Virus record (IMG/VR): IMGVR_UViG_2862178590_000001
Span: 23,681-87,680 of that record
Direction: 5' to 3' (one strand)
Origin: a virus
Taxonomy: Duplodnaviria > Caudoviricetes
Length of the DNA: 64,000 nt
Under the pieces are notes generated by a model that was not told where the DNA came from, did not search any database, and saw nothing but the letters and a program-made list of their open reading frames with translations. Made by a program: the position numbers and the translations under genes. The stretch's first letter is position 1, and each line of letters starts with the position of its first letter. This document shows positions 35,570 through 46,603 of this stretch, piece by piece.

Positions 35570-36364
35570 ATGAACTCTCGTACCGACTGGGCCGACCTGC
35601 CTGCGCCTGTCCGGGCCCAGGCGGTGGCTGAGGTGGGCCCGGTCGTGGACTGGGAGCCGGTTGGCAGCGGCCTGAACTGCAGGCTCGCCGTCCACCTCTA
35701 CACGGAAGACGGGTCCTGCCGGTTCGTGAAGGGCGTGCCGGAGGATGATGCGCACGGCGTGGCAGGGCAGGGCCGGGAGGTGGCCGTTTCTCGGGTTGCG
35801 GCTGGCGTCGTCGCGCCGGTGCTGTGGTCCCGGTTGTGCGGCGGCTGGGATCTGCTGGTGTTCCAGTGTGTGGGCGACCAGCATGTTGATCTGACGGCCG
35901 GGTCGCGGGACGTGGATCTGGTCGCCGAGACGCTGCACCGTGCGCAGGGGCTGAAGGCAACGGGCCTGGCGGTGCCGCGTCTCGCTGAGCGTTTCGAGGG
36001 GTTCCTCGACGAGGACGGGCTGCGGCTGCTCGACGGGGAGGCGTTGCTGCACACGGACACGAACCCGCACAACATGATCCCGTACCTGTCGCAGGTCTAT
36101 CTGGTCGACTGGGCGATGGCCGCGTCGGGCCCGGCCTGGGTGGATGTGGCGTACACGGCGGTGCGGCTGATGGAGGCCGGCTGGCCCGCGGCCGGCGCGC
36201 TGGAGTGGGCTGCCGGGTTCCGGTCGTGGCGGGAGGCGGATCCGCGGGCGGTGGCGGCCTTCGTGTCGGCGTCGTGCCGTCAGTGGGAGGCGATGGTCGG
36301 GCCGGTGGACTGCCGGCCGTCGAACCGCCGCTTCGAGGCCCTGTTGACCGCGGTCCACGCCTAG
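35570..36364 (+). CDS. APH/choline-kinase-fold phosphotransferase
   Basis: FVKG lysine, LLHTDTNPHN catalytic loop, LVDWA Mg-binding motif. Confidence 0.85.
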   Translation: MNSRTDWADLPAPVRAQAVAEVGPVVDWEPVGSGLNCRLAVHLYTEDGSCRFVKGVPEDDAHGVAGQGREVAVSRVAAGVVAPVLWSRLCGGWDLLVFQCVGDQHVDLTAGSRDVDLVAETLHRAQGLKATGLAVPRLAERFEGFLDEDGLRLLDGEALLHTDTNPHNMIPYLSQVYLVDWAMAASGPAWVDVAYTAVRLMEAGWPAAGALEWAAGFRSWREADPRAVAAFVSASCRQWEAMVGPVDCRPSNRRFEALLTAVHA

Positions 36365-36379
36365 CCCCGCACAGACGAC

Positions 36380-36409
36380 AGCGCCCCCGACCGTGAGGTC
36401 GGGGGCGCT
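36380..36409. terminator. Bidirectional terminator
   Basis: 13-bp perfect stem with GTGA loop between convergent genes. Confidence 0.8.
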
Positions 36410-36422
36410 TGTGTTTGCCTGG

Positions 36423-36965
36423 CTACTTTCCGGCGGCTACCTGGTCGGCGTCTTTGTCGGCTTCGGAGAGGGCCTTGTCGATGTCGGTGGTGGCGGGGGC
36501 GGGCTGGGTCGCAGTGTCGATGGTGTTCTTCTCGGCCCACTGCTTGATCGCGTCGGCGGCGTTGGCGATGTCGTCGCGCCAGGTGTTGATGCTGTCGGGT
36601 TCGGTGTCGGCGGTGAACTGCTTGTCGGCCTTGGTGAACGCGCCCTGATAGGTGAGGTCGAGGAGGGCTTGCTGCTTCCAGGGCCCGAACTTGCTGCTCC
36701 CCCAGGTGTTGCGGCCGGCGGCGAGACTGTCACGGTAGTGCTGCACGTTGGCGTGGAGGATCTTCGCGGCGGCGGTGCGGTTGGCGGCGGGTGCGGGCTT
36801 CTTCGGTCCGTCGGGCGGGAGCCTCACGTCGACGGTCCCCGTGGCGGTGCCGGGGTTGGCGGCATCGGCGGTCTTGGCTGGCGCGGGGTCGTTGCTGGAG
36901 CATCCGGCGAGGAGCAGTCCGACGGCGGCGAGGACAACGACGGTGGCAGTGCGTTTGTGGTTCAT
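36423..36965 (-). CDS. Lipoprotein
   Basis: Lipobox LLLAGC after basic and hydrophobic signal peptide. Confidence 0.8.
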   Translation of the reverse strand: MNHKRTATVVVLAAVGLLLAGCSSNDPAPAKTADAANPGTATGTVDVRLPPDGPKKPAPAANRTAAAKILHANVQHYRDSLAAGRNTWGSSKFGPWKQQALLDLTYQGAFTKADKQFTADTEPDSINTWRDDIANAADAIKQWAEKNTIDTATQPAPATTDIDKALSEADKDADQVAAGK

Positions 36966-37042
36966 GGGGCCCCCAACGAGATGAGGGAGCTATGACACCG
37001 CTTGATCTCGTTGGGGCGCTGCGGTGTTGCCGTTTCGTGACG

Positions 37043-37291
37043 CTACCGTCCGCCGACCTGCCCGTTGTCCTCGTTGTCGGCCATGGTCCCGACCTCGCCG
37101 GTGCCCTGGCAGTTCGAGCACTGCACGGTGGTTTCGTTGCCGTCTTCGTCGCGGATGGTGATGGTGCCGCCGTTGCAGTTGCCGCAGCGGGGCACGCGTT
37201 CCTCCAGCAGGCGTTGGGTGAGGTTGAGGAGCCGGGTGTACCGGTGGTCTTGTTGGAGTACGGGGATGTACTCGGGGTCTACCCAGCTCAT
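37043..37291 (-). CDS. DnaJ-type Zn-finger small protein
   Basis: CGNCNGG and CSNCQGTG motifs. Confidence 0.6.
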   Translation of the reverse strand: MSWVDPEYIPVLQQDHRYTRLLNLTQRLLEERVPRCGNCNGGTITIRDEDGNETTVQCSNCQGTGEVGTMADNEDNGQVGGR

Positions 37292-37387
37292 GACGGCCCC
37301 CCTTTCGGCTTGGGATTCAGCGTTGCGCTGCGGGGAGGGGCGGGTCAAGGCGCGTAACCCCGTGCGCCGTCGGGGAGTTGACCGGTC

Positions 37388-37582
37388 ATGGACGCTCTCT
37401 CCTCCCCCGTGACCGGTACGTATTCGGATGCTCCGCGCGAGCCGTTGGTCACTTTGGTGGAGGCGCGGGAGGCGGTGCGGCTGCTGATGCATTTCGCTGA
37501 GGCCGGCGACGGGGACTCCGACGAGGAGCTGGACGCGTACCAGCTGGCCACAGACATCGCCGGACGGCTGCCGTCAGAGTGA
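37388..37582 (+). CDS. Small acidic hypothetical protein
   Basis: 64 aa; GGGAG RBS; divergent from Zn-finger gene. Confidence 0.55.
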   Translation: MDALSSPVTGTYSDAPREPLVTLVEAREAVRLLMHFAEAGDGDSDEELDAYQLATDIAGRLPSE

Positions 37583-37598
37583 CCGGTGGCGCCGCCGT

Positions 37599-37952
37599 TC
37601 ACGGCCCGGAAGGACCATAGGGTCCGAGGATCTCGTCGTTGCCGTCGATGTAGTAGTCCCACACCGCTACCCACTCCGGTTTGAAGCCGGGCCTGTCCTG
37701 GTCTTTCTCGCTGTCCGCGAGGAGCAGGACGGTCCGGTTCCATTGGACGGCGGCGGCAAGGACCTCGGGTGTCGGGTCGGGCTGTTCCGTGACCATGCGG
37801 GCGAAGCGGTCCCGGTCGTCGAGGATGAGGCCCTTCGACAGTTGGTCGTGGCCTTTGGGGTAGTAGGTGGTGATGATGTCCCTGTACCAGGCGGCGATCT
37901 CGTCCATGTAGCGGGCGAACGGATAGTCGGCGTCGGGGTCGTCGATGCTCAT
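37599..37952 (-). CDS. Acidic hypothetical protein (117 aa)
   Basis: GAGGAC before ATG; good coding composition. Confidence 0.6.
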   Translation of the reverse strand: MSIDDPDADYPFARYMDEIAAWYRDIITTYYPKGHDQLSKGLILDDRDRFARMVTEQPDPTPEVLAAAVQWNRTVLLLADSEKDQDRPGFKPEWVAVWDYYIDGNDEILGPYGPSGP

Positions 37953-38251
37953 GTCCTCATGCTGGCGGGGCAGGGCGCGTGCTGGTACAGCGCACGGGCG
38001 CATCCAGTCAGCGGCGGTGGCTGTGGGGGTTGCCGTTCCAGGCGCGCCGTACAACGCGCCGGTGGGCGGTGGGGAGTGCGAGGGCGGCGCCGATGCAGAT
38101 CCCGGCGAGGACCCCGGTGACCGTGCAGGCCGCGGCGAGCAGGGTGGGGATCATCGGTCCTCCTCGGTTGGCTTGAACAGCAGGTTGGCGAGCATTCCGG
38201 AGGGCACGGAGGCGACCGCGATGACCATGCCGACGTACAGGAACACGCAGC

Positions 38252-41056
38252 TCACGGGGTCTCCGTCCTGGCCGGATTGTTGGCGGGGGTGCCGTGCCCG
38301 TTGGGGATTTCGATTGCCTGGCAGCAGGCGGTACAGCGGCGCCGTCCGAACCGGGAGCCGAGGCCGGGGTAGTCCCAGGCGCGGCGTAGGCGGCAGGCGG
38401 CGCGGGCGGGCAGGAGTACGCATTCGTCGATCGCGTCGCGCATTTCGTCGCGGCTGATCGCCGTCCCGGGGATGGCGTGCAGGCGGCGCCATTTCCCGCA
38501 GGTGAGCCACCAGTGGTTGTGGTTCTCGGGGATGGGGTGCGACGTCACGGGGTCTCCGGTCCGTTCAGGGCGTCGTTGAGGCGCTGGTCGAGGATCGTGT
38601 CAGCCTGCCGGGCACGCCAGTTGGCGAGGCTGATGACGTCGCTCACGGCCTCGCCGAACGGTGTGCCGCCCTCTACCGCGCGGTCGATCTCGGCCAGGTC
38701 GTCGGCGGTGATCCGGACGCCGGGTGGTGGGGGCCGGTAGCCGTTCGTCTGGCAGATCGTGGTCAGGATGTAGTGTGCGGCGGCGTCCTCGTTGGGCTGA
38801 CCAGCAGCAGGGGCGGGGAGCCGCCCGATCCACCGCGTCCGGCACAACGGGCCTCCGCACGACGCGCCATGGTCGCAGCTGAGCCGTTGCTTGCCGGTGG
38901 TGGGGCAGCGGGCGACGTCGCAGCCGTCGGCGTGTTCGGCACCGGGCCGTACTCCACAGTCGGGGCAAGTGGACACGGTGCAGCGCCCGTCGGGGAGGCC
39001 GCAGTCGCATTCGCTGCAGTGCGCGCAGAACGGGTTGTCCTCGAAGTTCCTGTAGACGATCGGGCCGCCTCCGCAGGCGCAGCAAACCTCGGCGTCGCCG
39101 CTGGCGGGCGGGTTGTTCGGGGTTGTCCGGGGGTTGTCTGCCTGCCGGATGGCCTGGTCGAGGAGGTGGGCGGCCTGGGTCCATACGGCGGCCGTGGTGT
39201 GGTGGTCCGGGCGAGTGTCGTCGTCGGCGTCGCGTTCGGCACGGGCGGCCTGGACCGCGGCAGCTGTGGCCTGATCGAGGAGGGCCCGGAACGGGGCGAG
39301 CGGGTCGGTGTCGCCGGTTCGGTGCCACGTGGCTCCGTTGGCGTCCTGGTGGACGGGCCCGTCGTGCTGGTGGCGGAGGATGCACGGGCCGAGCGGCTGG
39401 CGCATGGCGCCGAGGTCCGAAGCGCCGCAGGGCGGTGGTTGGGCTGCCCAGTAGTCGGGGCGGACGGGCTCCCAGTCGCCGTAGGTGATCCGGCGGCGGA
39501 TGACGGGCCGGTTGCCCGCCTTGAACCCCTCGTTGTCGCCGGGGACGACCCCGTACCGGGTGGGGTCCGGGTAGGCGCCGAGGACGGTGTGGAACTCCCA
39601 CTCGGGCGGCGGGACGGGCGGCAGGAGATCCTTGCGGACGGGCTCGGGCTGGTCAGACATGGTCGTCTCCGTCGTGGGTGTCGGGCTGCGGGCAGAGTTC
39701 GAAGTCGTCCTGCCGTCCACCGGCGAAGCGACCGTGTTCGTCGATCAGCCCGGCGTCCCGCAGCGCGGCGTGGAGGACGGTGGCCTGGGCGATCAGTGCT
39801 TGAACGGCGGGCGCGGCGGCTTGGAGCATCCGCTGGGCAGCCGCCCCGAACTCGGCCGCGGCCTGCACGTACTCGTCCCGCTGCTCGTCAGTCAGCGGCT
39901 CAGGCTGGTCGGTCACGGCTGACTCCCAGGTTCGGTGAGGGGCAGGGCGGGTTGTTCGGCGCCGCCGCAGCGCGGGGACCGGTACCAGGCGTGCGATTGG
40001 CGGGGCTTGAGGTGGTGGCGGATCTTTCCGTCGACGCGGACGTCGAACTCGCGGCGGCAGACCGGGCAGATACCACGGCGGCGGGCGGTCATCGCGGGCT
40101 CCCGGTGTCGAGGGCGTATCCGGTGCGGCGCGGCTTGCCGTTGCAGGTAGTCGCAGTGGCGTGGAGCTGGGCGACGAGGATCCATCGGGGGCGCTTGCCG
40201 GTGATGGCGTCGACGACGTAGGCGTGATCGTGGCCAGAGGTGTAGGCGTCGATGCGGATCGGTGATCCGCCGCGCGGGTCGCAGGAGCGGTAGATCTGGC
40301 CGAGCTCGATGGGCATGTCGGTTCCTTCCGGGCAGGGTTGGGGTGGCGGGGCGCCTGTGCGGCTGTGAGGGCCGTTCTCGGCGCGGCGGGTCGCGGAGTC
40401 CGCCGGGGCGCTGTTCGGGCGGGAGAACCACGCCCCGGCGGTCTGCACGGGCTATGCAGGCTCTTCGGCGGGGCTGTCGTCGGTCCGCCAGGTGGCGGTG
40501 TCGTTGTCCGCCTCGGGTCCGGGGCAGCACCACGCGGTGCCGAACTTCGCGGCCTTGGGAACGAGTCCGACGTCAGCAGGGTCGGCGCATTGGCGATCGA
40601 CGCCGAAGGCACCAGTGCGGTGCTTGTTCGCTGCGGTCTCGGAGCTGAAGGTTCGGTGGCAGTTGTCGGCCGGGCAGTGCACGCGGCGGGTACCGGTCCA
40701 CCATGATCCGCAGCTGTGGACTATCGCGTTCAGCGGGATTCCGTCGTGACCGGGGCGAGGCAGTGACATGGAATGGCCCTTTCTAGGGTTCCGGGTTTTG
40801 TGTAGGAGCGATTTACGGGCCGAGGACGTCCTCGGCTGAGTCCGGGGGCTCAGAGCGGCATTCACGACTCAGACACCGACTGCGGCTCAGCGACGGCGGC
40901 ACGGAGCCGGGCGACCTGGTGCTCTCGCTCGGCCCGGTGCCATGTCCGGCTGGCGAGGAGCGCTCGCACTCGCTCGACGGCGCCCTCGGCGCGCGCCAGC
41001 CGCTCGTACAGCGCGTCCAGCTCGTCGTCGTTGATCGTGTCGGCGGTGTGTTTCAT
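38252..41056 (-). other. Early-region ORFs, many Cys-rich (38252-38548, 38545-39660, 39653-39916, 39913-40092, 40089-40316, 40452-40769, 40862-41056)
   Basis: Overlapping chain; 40452-40769 has a CHRTFSS...HR Zn-binding motif; 38545-39660 is a mosaic with several CxxC pairs. Confidence 0.6.
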
Positions 41057-41219
41057 CGCTGCCTCCTGGCGGCTCGGGCTTGCCTGCGGCGGGTGGCCCG
41101 GTTGGGTCGGGGTTCGGGCGCCTCGTCGTCCACGACGGTCTCGACAGGCCGGAGTTCGGTCTCCCAGCGGACGCCCCGGGTTCCGGCACGCTCACCGCGG
41201 GGACTGGACGACGGGGCGG

Positions 41220-41438
41220 TCACCGCTCGTCCCCAAGCAGTCCGAGGCGGTGGCCGATGTCGACGGCGTGCGGCAGCGACTTGGCACCGAGGCGGGCCCG
41301 CAGCCGGGCGGCGGTCTTGCCGACGTTCGACGCGGCCACCCGGTCGCGGACGGCGATCTGCTGGATGGTCTCGCCCGCCGCGAACCGGCGGAGCAGGTCG
41401 AGCTGGTGGGCGGTCAGCCGGCCGCCGGGTCGGCTCAC
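41220..41438 (-). CDS. Stand-alone LuxR-type HTH protein
   Basis: LTAHQLDLLRRFAAGETIQQIA...LRARLGAKSLPHAV. Confidence 0.8.
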   Translation of the reverse strand: MSRPGGRLTAHQLDLLRRFAAGETIQQIAVRDRVAASNVGKTAARLRARLGAKSLPHAVDIGHRLGLLGDER

Positions 41439-41731
41439 GACGCCCACCGCCTGCCGGGAATTCCGGTGGCGAGCTGGCGCCGCGGCTCGGGGATCGCGAT
41501 GTCCCCCAGCGGCAACAGTCCGAGGGCGATCGCCACCGCGACAGCCTGCGTCCTGTTCGCGGCACCGAGACGCTGGCATGCCAGCCGCGTCTGGTCCTTG
41601 ACCGTGGACGGCGACACGAACATCGCCTCCGCCACACCGGCCGTGTCGTAACCGTGGGCGTACAGCCGCAGAATCTCGATCCGGCGGGCCGTCAGCAGCG
41701 GCCGGGCGTGATCGACGGGACGGGCGGTCAT
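41435..41731 (-). CDS. Stand-alone LuxR-type HTH protein
   Basis: LTARRIEILRLYAHGYDTAGVAEAMFVSPSTVK...LGAANRTQAVAVA. Confidence 0.88.
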   Translation of the reverse strand: MTARPVDHARPLLTARRIEILRLYAHGYDTAGVAEAMFVSPSTVKDQTRLACQRLGAANRTQAVAVAIALGLLPLGDIAIPEPRRQLATGIPGRRWAS

Positions 41732-44700
41732 GACGGGCTCCCGAGGATCTGGCGGGCGACGGCGAGGGCGTGCAGGGTCCGTCCGGGCAGCTCGGAACCA
41801 GGGACGACTTCGATCAAGCCAGCTTCGAAGTCGAACCAGTCGGCGAGTTCCGGCCCGAAGGTAGCCAGCGCACCGGGCGACCACGGCTGGGCGGGCTCCT
41901 CAGCCAGCCAGATGCGGATTCGCTCAGCGGCGGCCCCGAGTTCGGCGGTTGGGCTGGTGTCGGTCATCGCTGCGCCTCCTCGCGTTCGGCGCGCTTGAGG
42001 GCGGCGTACTCGGCGCACAGCCGGTCGAAGCGGGCCCTGGCGGCAACGAGCGTCTTGCGGGCTTCCTCGATGTCGGCTTCCAAACGACGGAGGTGGGCGG
42101 CGAGATCGGGACTGGGGTCGGTCATCGCTGCGCCTCCCGCTCGCGGTACGCGGCGGCACGGTCCCGGTGGACCTTGCCGGGCTTGAGGGGCGTGCCGCGG
42201 GTGTCGAGGCAGCGGGCGCCGGGCACACAGCCACAGCGCGGGCAGGTGACCGTCAAGGCGCGGTTGTAGATCGTGGGTTCGCGGTCGGTCATGGGGTTCC
42301 TCCGGGTCGGGTGGTCGGGGCGGTCAGGCAGGACGGTGGGTGCGGCGCCAGGCATCGGCGGCGGTGTGGCCGTTGACCACGAGATCGGGCGCGGCCTGCT
42401 TGGCCAGGGCCAGGGCTGAATCGAGGCCGAAGCGGTGGGCTTCGACCCAGTCGTCGTCACGCTCCGAAGGCCTCGGCTCGTACTCCCAAGCGCCGTCCTT
42501 GCCAAGGCATTCGTGGAAGCGGCAGACCGCCCAGCGGTCGTCACCTCGCCATTCGACGGTGATCGTGAAGTGGCGCCGGTTGATGTTGTCCTCCGGCAGC
42601 AGCGACACCTCGTAGCGGGTCGCCTGAACAATTGGCTCGGGCAGGTCGGGCATCACGGTCTCCTCGGTGTGGTGGCGGGTCAGGGGGCTGGCGGGCGGCC
42701 ACGGCGGTCGTCGTGGCACGGCAGGTGGTGGTCAGGCGGCTTGGGGTGCGGTGCGGCGGCTGGGCGTGAACCGGGTGCGCAGCGAACGGAGTCGGCGCTT
42801 GGTGTCGTCTCCGCCGCCGCCCGTCCACCACCGGTAGGCGAAGAACGCGAACAGCGCGGCGTCGATCACTGCCCACACGCTGTGGCCGCTACGGAAGTTG
42901 TCGATCTCGTAGGGCACGTAGGCCAGCGCGAACAGGCCGTCGCTCTGGTACCGGGCCAGACGGCCGGTCAGCTCCCCGGCCAGGCCGCAGACAATGAACG
43001 CGACGCCGATCATCGTGAGGGTCATCAGGTCTCTCCTTTCGGGAGTTGGCGGTCAGGCGGCGGGGCTGGTGCGGTCGGCGCGGATCTCGGTGATGCGGCG
43101 CGCAATGCGGTCCGGGACGGTCAGGCCGAGCGCCCGGTATTCCTCGGCGCAGTAGCGGGCGAACTCCGGGCCGTGCGCTTCGATGAGCCGATCGACAGCG
43201 ATCTCACCTGCGTGGTGGCGGAGTTCCTTCACGGTCGCCCCGGCTGCTGCGGCGATCTCCGCGTCCCGGCGGCGGTAGTCGTTCTTGCGGATCGCCTCTG
43301 CGTGGACCACGGCCCGGAGTCGGCGGCATTCCTCGACGCGCAGGGTGATCGTGTTGCGGTAGCTGGTGGTGCGCTTGCGCCAGTCGTGGGCTTCGAGGCT
43401 GGTGTCGTCCTTGCGGGCTCGCAGTTGCGCTTCGGCGTCGCCGGCGAGCTGGGCGAGGTGGCGCTTCCATCGGCGGAGGTTGAGTTCGTGGCGCAGGACG
43501 GCCCGCTGTGCGCGGGTGCCTTCGTTGCGCACGTCGGCGACGACGATCTCGCGGAAGTCGATGTCGGGCATTGCGGCGACTCGTTCGATGTCGGCGCGGT
43601 CGGCGTCGTCGGCGGTGAGAGCCGCCGCGACGGTGCCCTTCGTCAAATGCCACCAAGTGCAGACGCATTCGTAGGGCGTGAGCTGGAGGTTGGCGCGCAG
43701 GTCGACGCGCTGGCTGGCATTCACGGCGGCGGAGCGGGTCGCGAAGCGGGATTTGGTCGGGTGCGGGCAGGCGGTCATCGGTCGGGCTCCTTCCGGCGGT
43801 CAGGCGGCGTCGGCGATCCGTAGGTGGGGTTCGCCGAGGGCGGCGGCCAGGGCCGCGTAGTGGGCGGCTTGTTCGGCCGGGGTCCAGGGTTCGGGCTGTG
43901 TGGCCCTGCGGCGGGGCTGTGCGGGCCGTGAGGCGCCGAACGTGCCGTCGGGGACGCCTTCGGCCATCAGGCGCTCCAGCGGCGTCACTGCGGACCTCGC
44001 AGGGCCTCTTCCAATTCCTCGTCGCTGGCGTTGTCGAACGCGTCGTGGAAGTCCACGTAGGTCTTGTTCGCCCGGGCCTCGGCGTACAGCTGCCAGTCAC
44101 GGGTGCAGAGCGGGCTCTGCGCGGCGCCCCATTCCTCGGGAGCAGGGAAGACGACACGGCGCTGTCCGCATCGGGCGCACCTGGCTTCGACGGGCTCGCT
44201 CATGCCGCCACCTGCTCGGCCTCGGCGTACCGGCGGGCGTGCACGGTCGCCCGCTCGCGGCCGTCCTCGTGGCACGGGACGGCCGGCGTGACCTGGCAGG
44301 TCGGGCAGCAGGCGGTCAGCTCCGCCCAGGCTGAGACCCGCTGCGGGTGCAGTGACCCGCCGGTCAGCAGCCGGGACTTCCCGGCCTGGCACGGCTTGTG
44401 CCCGGCCACACCGCACCACGGGCACGGCACCGAACGGGCCGGATGCTGCCCGGCGCGCAGTTGGTGGCGGATCGACTCGGGCATCGGGGCTTGCGAGTGA
44501 CGGTTCACGGGTTCCTCCTCAGGTCGGTGCAGGGCGGGCATTCGCAGGTCTGGCCGGGGTCTTCGGCGAGCCGGTCACGGTGCTCGGTCGCGACGATGTG
44601 CGCCCGGTACGCCTCCAGGGCCGTAGTCCAGGCGCCGGGCGGCTGCGGAGGCGGCGGGCCGGGCGGGCTTGTGCCGGTCGGCCAGGCGCCGGCCCGGTAG

Positions 44701-44837
44701 CCCGGAGGCTTCGGCGGCACCACGGTCGGGGGCTTGTCGCGGCGGCCACGGCCCTCGGCGATCTGCTGCCGCAGAAACGCCTTCAAGTCCCCCTGAGCGC
44801 GCATCTCGCGGATGTCGTCGCGTTCGACGTCAGCCAC
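41728..44837 (-). other. Early-region small ORFs (41728-41967, 41964-42125, 42122-42292, 42324-42653, 42732-43025, 43053-43778, 43800-43988, 43985-44203, 44200-44508, 44505-44837)
   Basis: Stop-start overlaps; several CPxC...C...H Zn-finger proteins and one membrane protein. Confidence 0.6.
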
Positions 44838-45549
44838 CGGACGCCTCCCGCTCCCGGTCGGCGAGCTCCTGGAGCTTGGCCATCGACGCGGCACGCCGCC
44901 GCTCGATCTCGGCGGGCGACTCCAGTTGCGCGGGACCGCCGTTCGCGACGCGGGTACGGGCGGCATGCGGGGTACGAAGTTCGCGCGGGGGTCGCTTCTC
45001 GTCAAAGCCGCCGATCTTGCAGGGGCGGCCGATCGCCGCCTGGCAGGTCGGGCACTGGATGCCGAGCGGGCCGACGCGACGCACCTCGGCAACCGGCCCC
45101 TCTCCCCCGACGTCCGGGGTCGAACGGCCCACCTGGGCCAGGGCCTTGAGGACGTCCGGGTGCGGGCCGCCCTCCAGTGCGGGGCGTTCGGTGAGCGCCG
45201 GGGTGCTGCCGTCGGCGGTCTTGGCTATCTGGAACCGCAGCCGGGCGAGGTAGTCGGGGTCGTCGTCGCCGGGCGGCGGCTCGTACACGAAGTTCGCCAG
45301 CCGCTCGGCGCGGATCTTGCGGGCGATGCCGATGACGTCCGGGGTGGTGACGCGGCGTCGGGCTTCGGGTTCCAGGCCGGCCATTTCGACGGCGTAGAAC
45401 CGGGTCAGGGCGGCGTCGGCGTCGGCGAACAGGACGCCTGCCGCGTTGAGGTCGGAGTGCCAGGCGAGGATGTCGGCCTCGCCGACGATGCGCTGGTCGC
45501 GGGCGGCGGCCAAGCCGAGCAGTCTCCCGGCCTCTTCGTAGGTGATCAC
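44830..45549 (-). CDS. Helicase loader/inhibitor-like protein with C-terminal Zn finger
   Basis: EAGRLLGLAAARDQR...DILAWHSDL N-terminus; directly after the replication initiator; CPTC...C...H. Confidence 0.6.
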   Translation of the reverse strand: MITYEEAGRLLGLAAARDQRIVGEADILAWHSDLNAAGVLFADADAALTRFYAVEMAGLEPEARRRVTTPDVIGIARKIRAERLANFVYEPPPGDDDPDYLARLRFQIAKTADGSTPALTERPALEGGPHPDVLKALAQVGRSTPDVGGEGPVAEVRRVGPLGIQCPTCQAAIGRPCKIGGFDEKRPPRELRTPHAARTRVANGGPAQLESPAEIERRRAASMAKLQELADREREASGG

Positions 45550-46532
45550 TGGTTCTCCTGTTTCTGGGCATCGGCAGCGGCTTGCATGCGGCGGCCGGTT
45601 TCGAGGGCTTGCTGAACACGGAGGTCAGATGTGGCTGGGCGCTGGCTGCCGGGCTGAAGGCGGACGACGTTGTCGCCGACCGCAGCTGGCAGACCGCGGG
45701 CGGACGGCTGCGGTTCGGGTTCGAGATAGCGCCAGCCCCTGATCCAGGCGGAGGCGCTGGCCGGGGGCCCCTTCTGCTGGGCGCTGTTGGTCGCGTAGAT
45801 GACCATGTCGGCGATGCCGACGCGTTCCATGGCCTGTCGGGCAATTTCGATCTGCGACGGCTGGAGGTCCCAGGTGATGCCACGGAGCCCGGTGGCGGAG
45901 ATGGCGGCCTTCAGCTCGGCGAGGGTGTCGTAGCTGCGGTACTCCTCGGGCTCGCGCGCACGCGCTGCAGCAGCATCAGTAGTTCCGTAGGAACTACTGG
46001 GAGCAGGCATGGCAGCGGCATGGATACCCGTGACGGAATCGTCACGCCGTGACGTAGTGCCCTGACCTGCGGTGGAGTCCTGGAACTCGGTTTTTTCCAG
46101 TACTATTTCACTGTTTTTCGAGGACGATTCGTTCTCGAATCGATTCGTTTTCGAGGAGCTTTCTCCCTCGGAGCCCTTCGTTCCGCGGTGCTTTGCCTGC
46201 CGCTCGCGGGCCTTCTTCTTCTCCTCCTCGTACCTCGCCCGCGAGGTATTGCGGCCGTCTTCGAGGAAGTCGTGGATCACGAAGTCACCGGGCTGCGGGT
46301 CCGGGCAGCGGGCGCAGTCGTGGCCGTGCGCATGCCACAGCCCGGCCTTGATCAGCTTGTTGGACTGGGCCGCCGTTCCGTACAGCTGGACGACAACGCC
46401 CGGCACGATGCCCTCGGTGAGGTGCTGTGCCGCGTAGGAGCCGCAGCGCAGCCACAGGCCGAGCGCGGCGTTCCCGGCCCGCATGAACTTCGGGTGGGAG
46501 TGCGCCTTGTCGTCGACCTTGAACCAGGGCAT
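45546..46532 (-). CDS. Phage replication initiator / replisome organizer
   Basis: MPWFKVDD...GLWLRCGSY N-terminus; AT-rich repeated central linker as in lambda-O-like initiators. Confidence 0.7.
   Translation of the reverse strand: MPWFKVDDKAHSHPKFMRAGNAALGLWLRCGSYAAQHLTEGIVPGVVVQLYGTAAQSNKLIKAGLWHAHGHDCARCPDPQPGDFVIHDFLEDGRNTSRARYEEEKKKARERQAKHRGTKGSEGESSSKTNRFENESSSKNSEIVLEKTEFQDSTAGQGTTSRRDDSVTGIHAAAMPAPSSSYGTTDAAAARAREPEEYRSYDTLAELKAAISATGLRGITWDLQPSQIEIARQAMERVGIADMVIYATNSAQQKGPPASASAWIRGWRYLEPEPQPSARGLPAAVGDNVVRLQPGSQRPATSDLRVQQALETGRRMQAAADAQKQENQ
46080..46165. repeat. AT-rich iteron-like repeats, candidate phage origin
   Basis: TTTTCGAGGA at 46115 and 46148; CGATTCGTT at 46125 and 46141; T-tracts in otherwise very GC-rich DNA. 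Confidence 0.5.
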
Positions 46533-46603
46533 GTGCGGCTTCCCTCAAGCAGTGCGGATAAGAGGAGAGACCGGGGCCGGCCGTGACCAGCCCCGGGGTG
46601 GGG

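Noticed and set aside
35570-36364. Aminoglycoside resistance gene
   Set aside because: Only the generic APH/kinase fold motifs are visible; nothing supports a specific antibiotic substrate.
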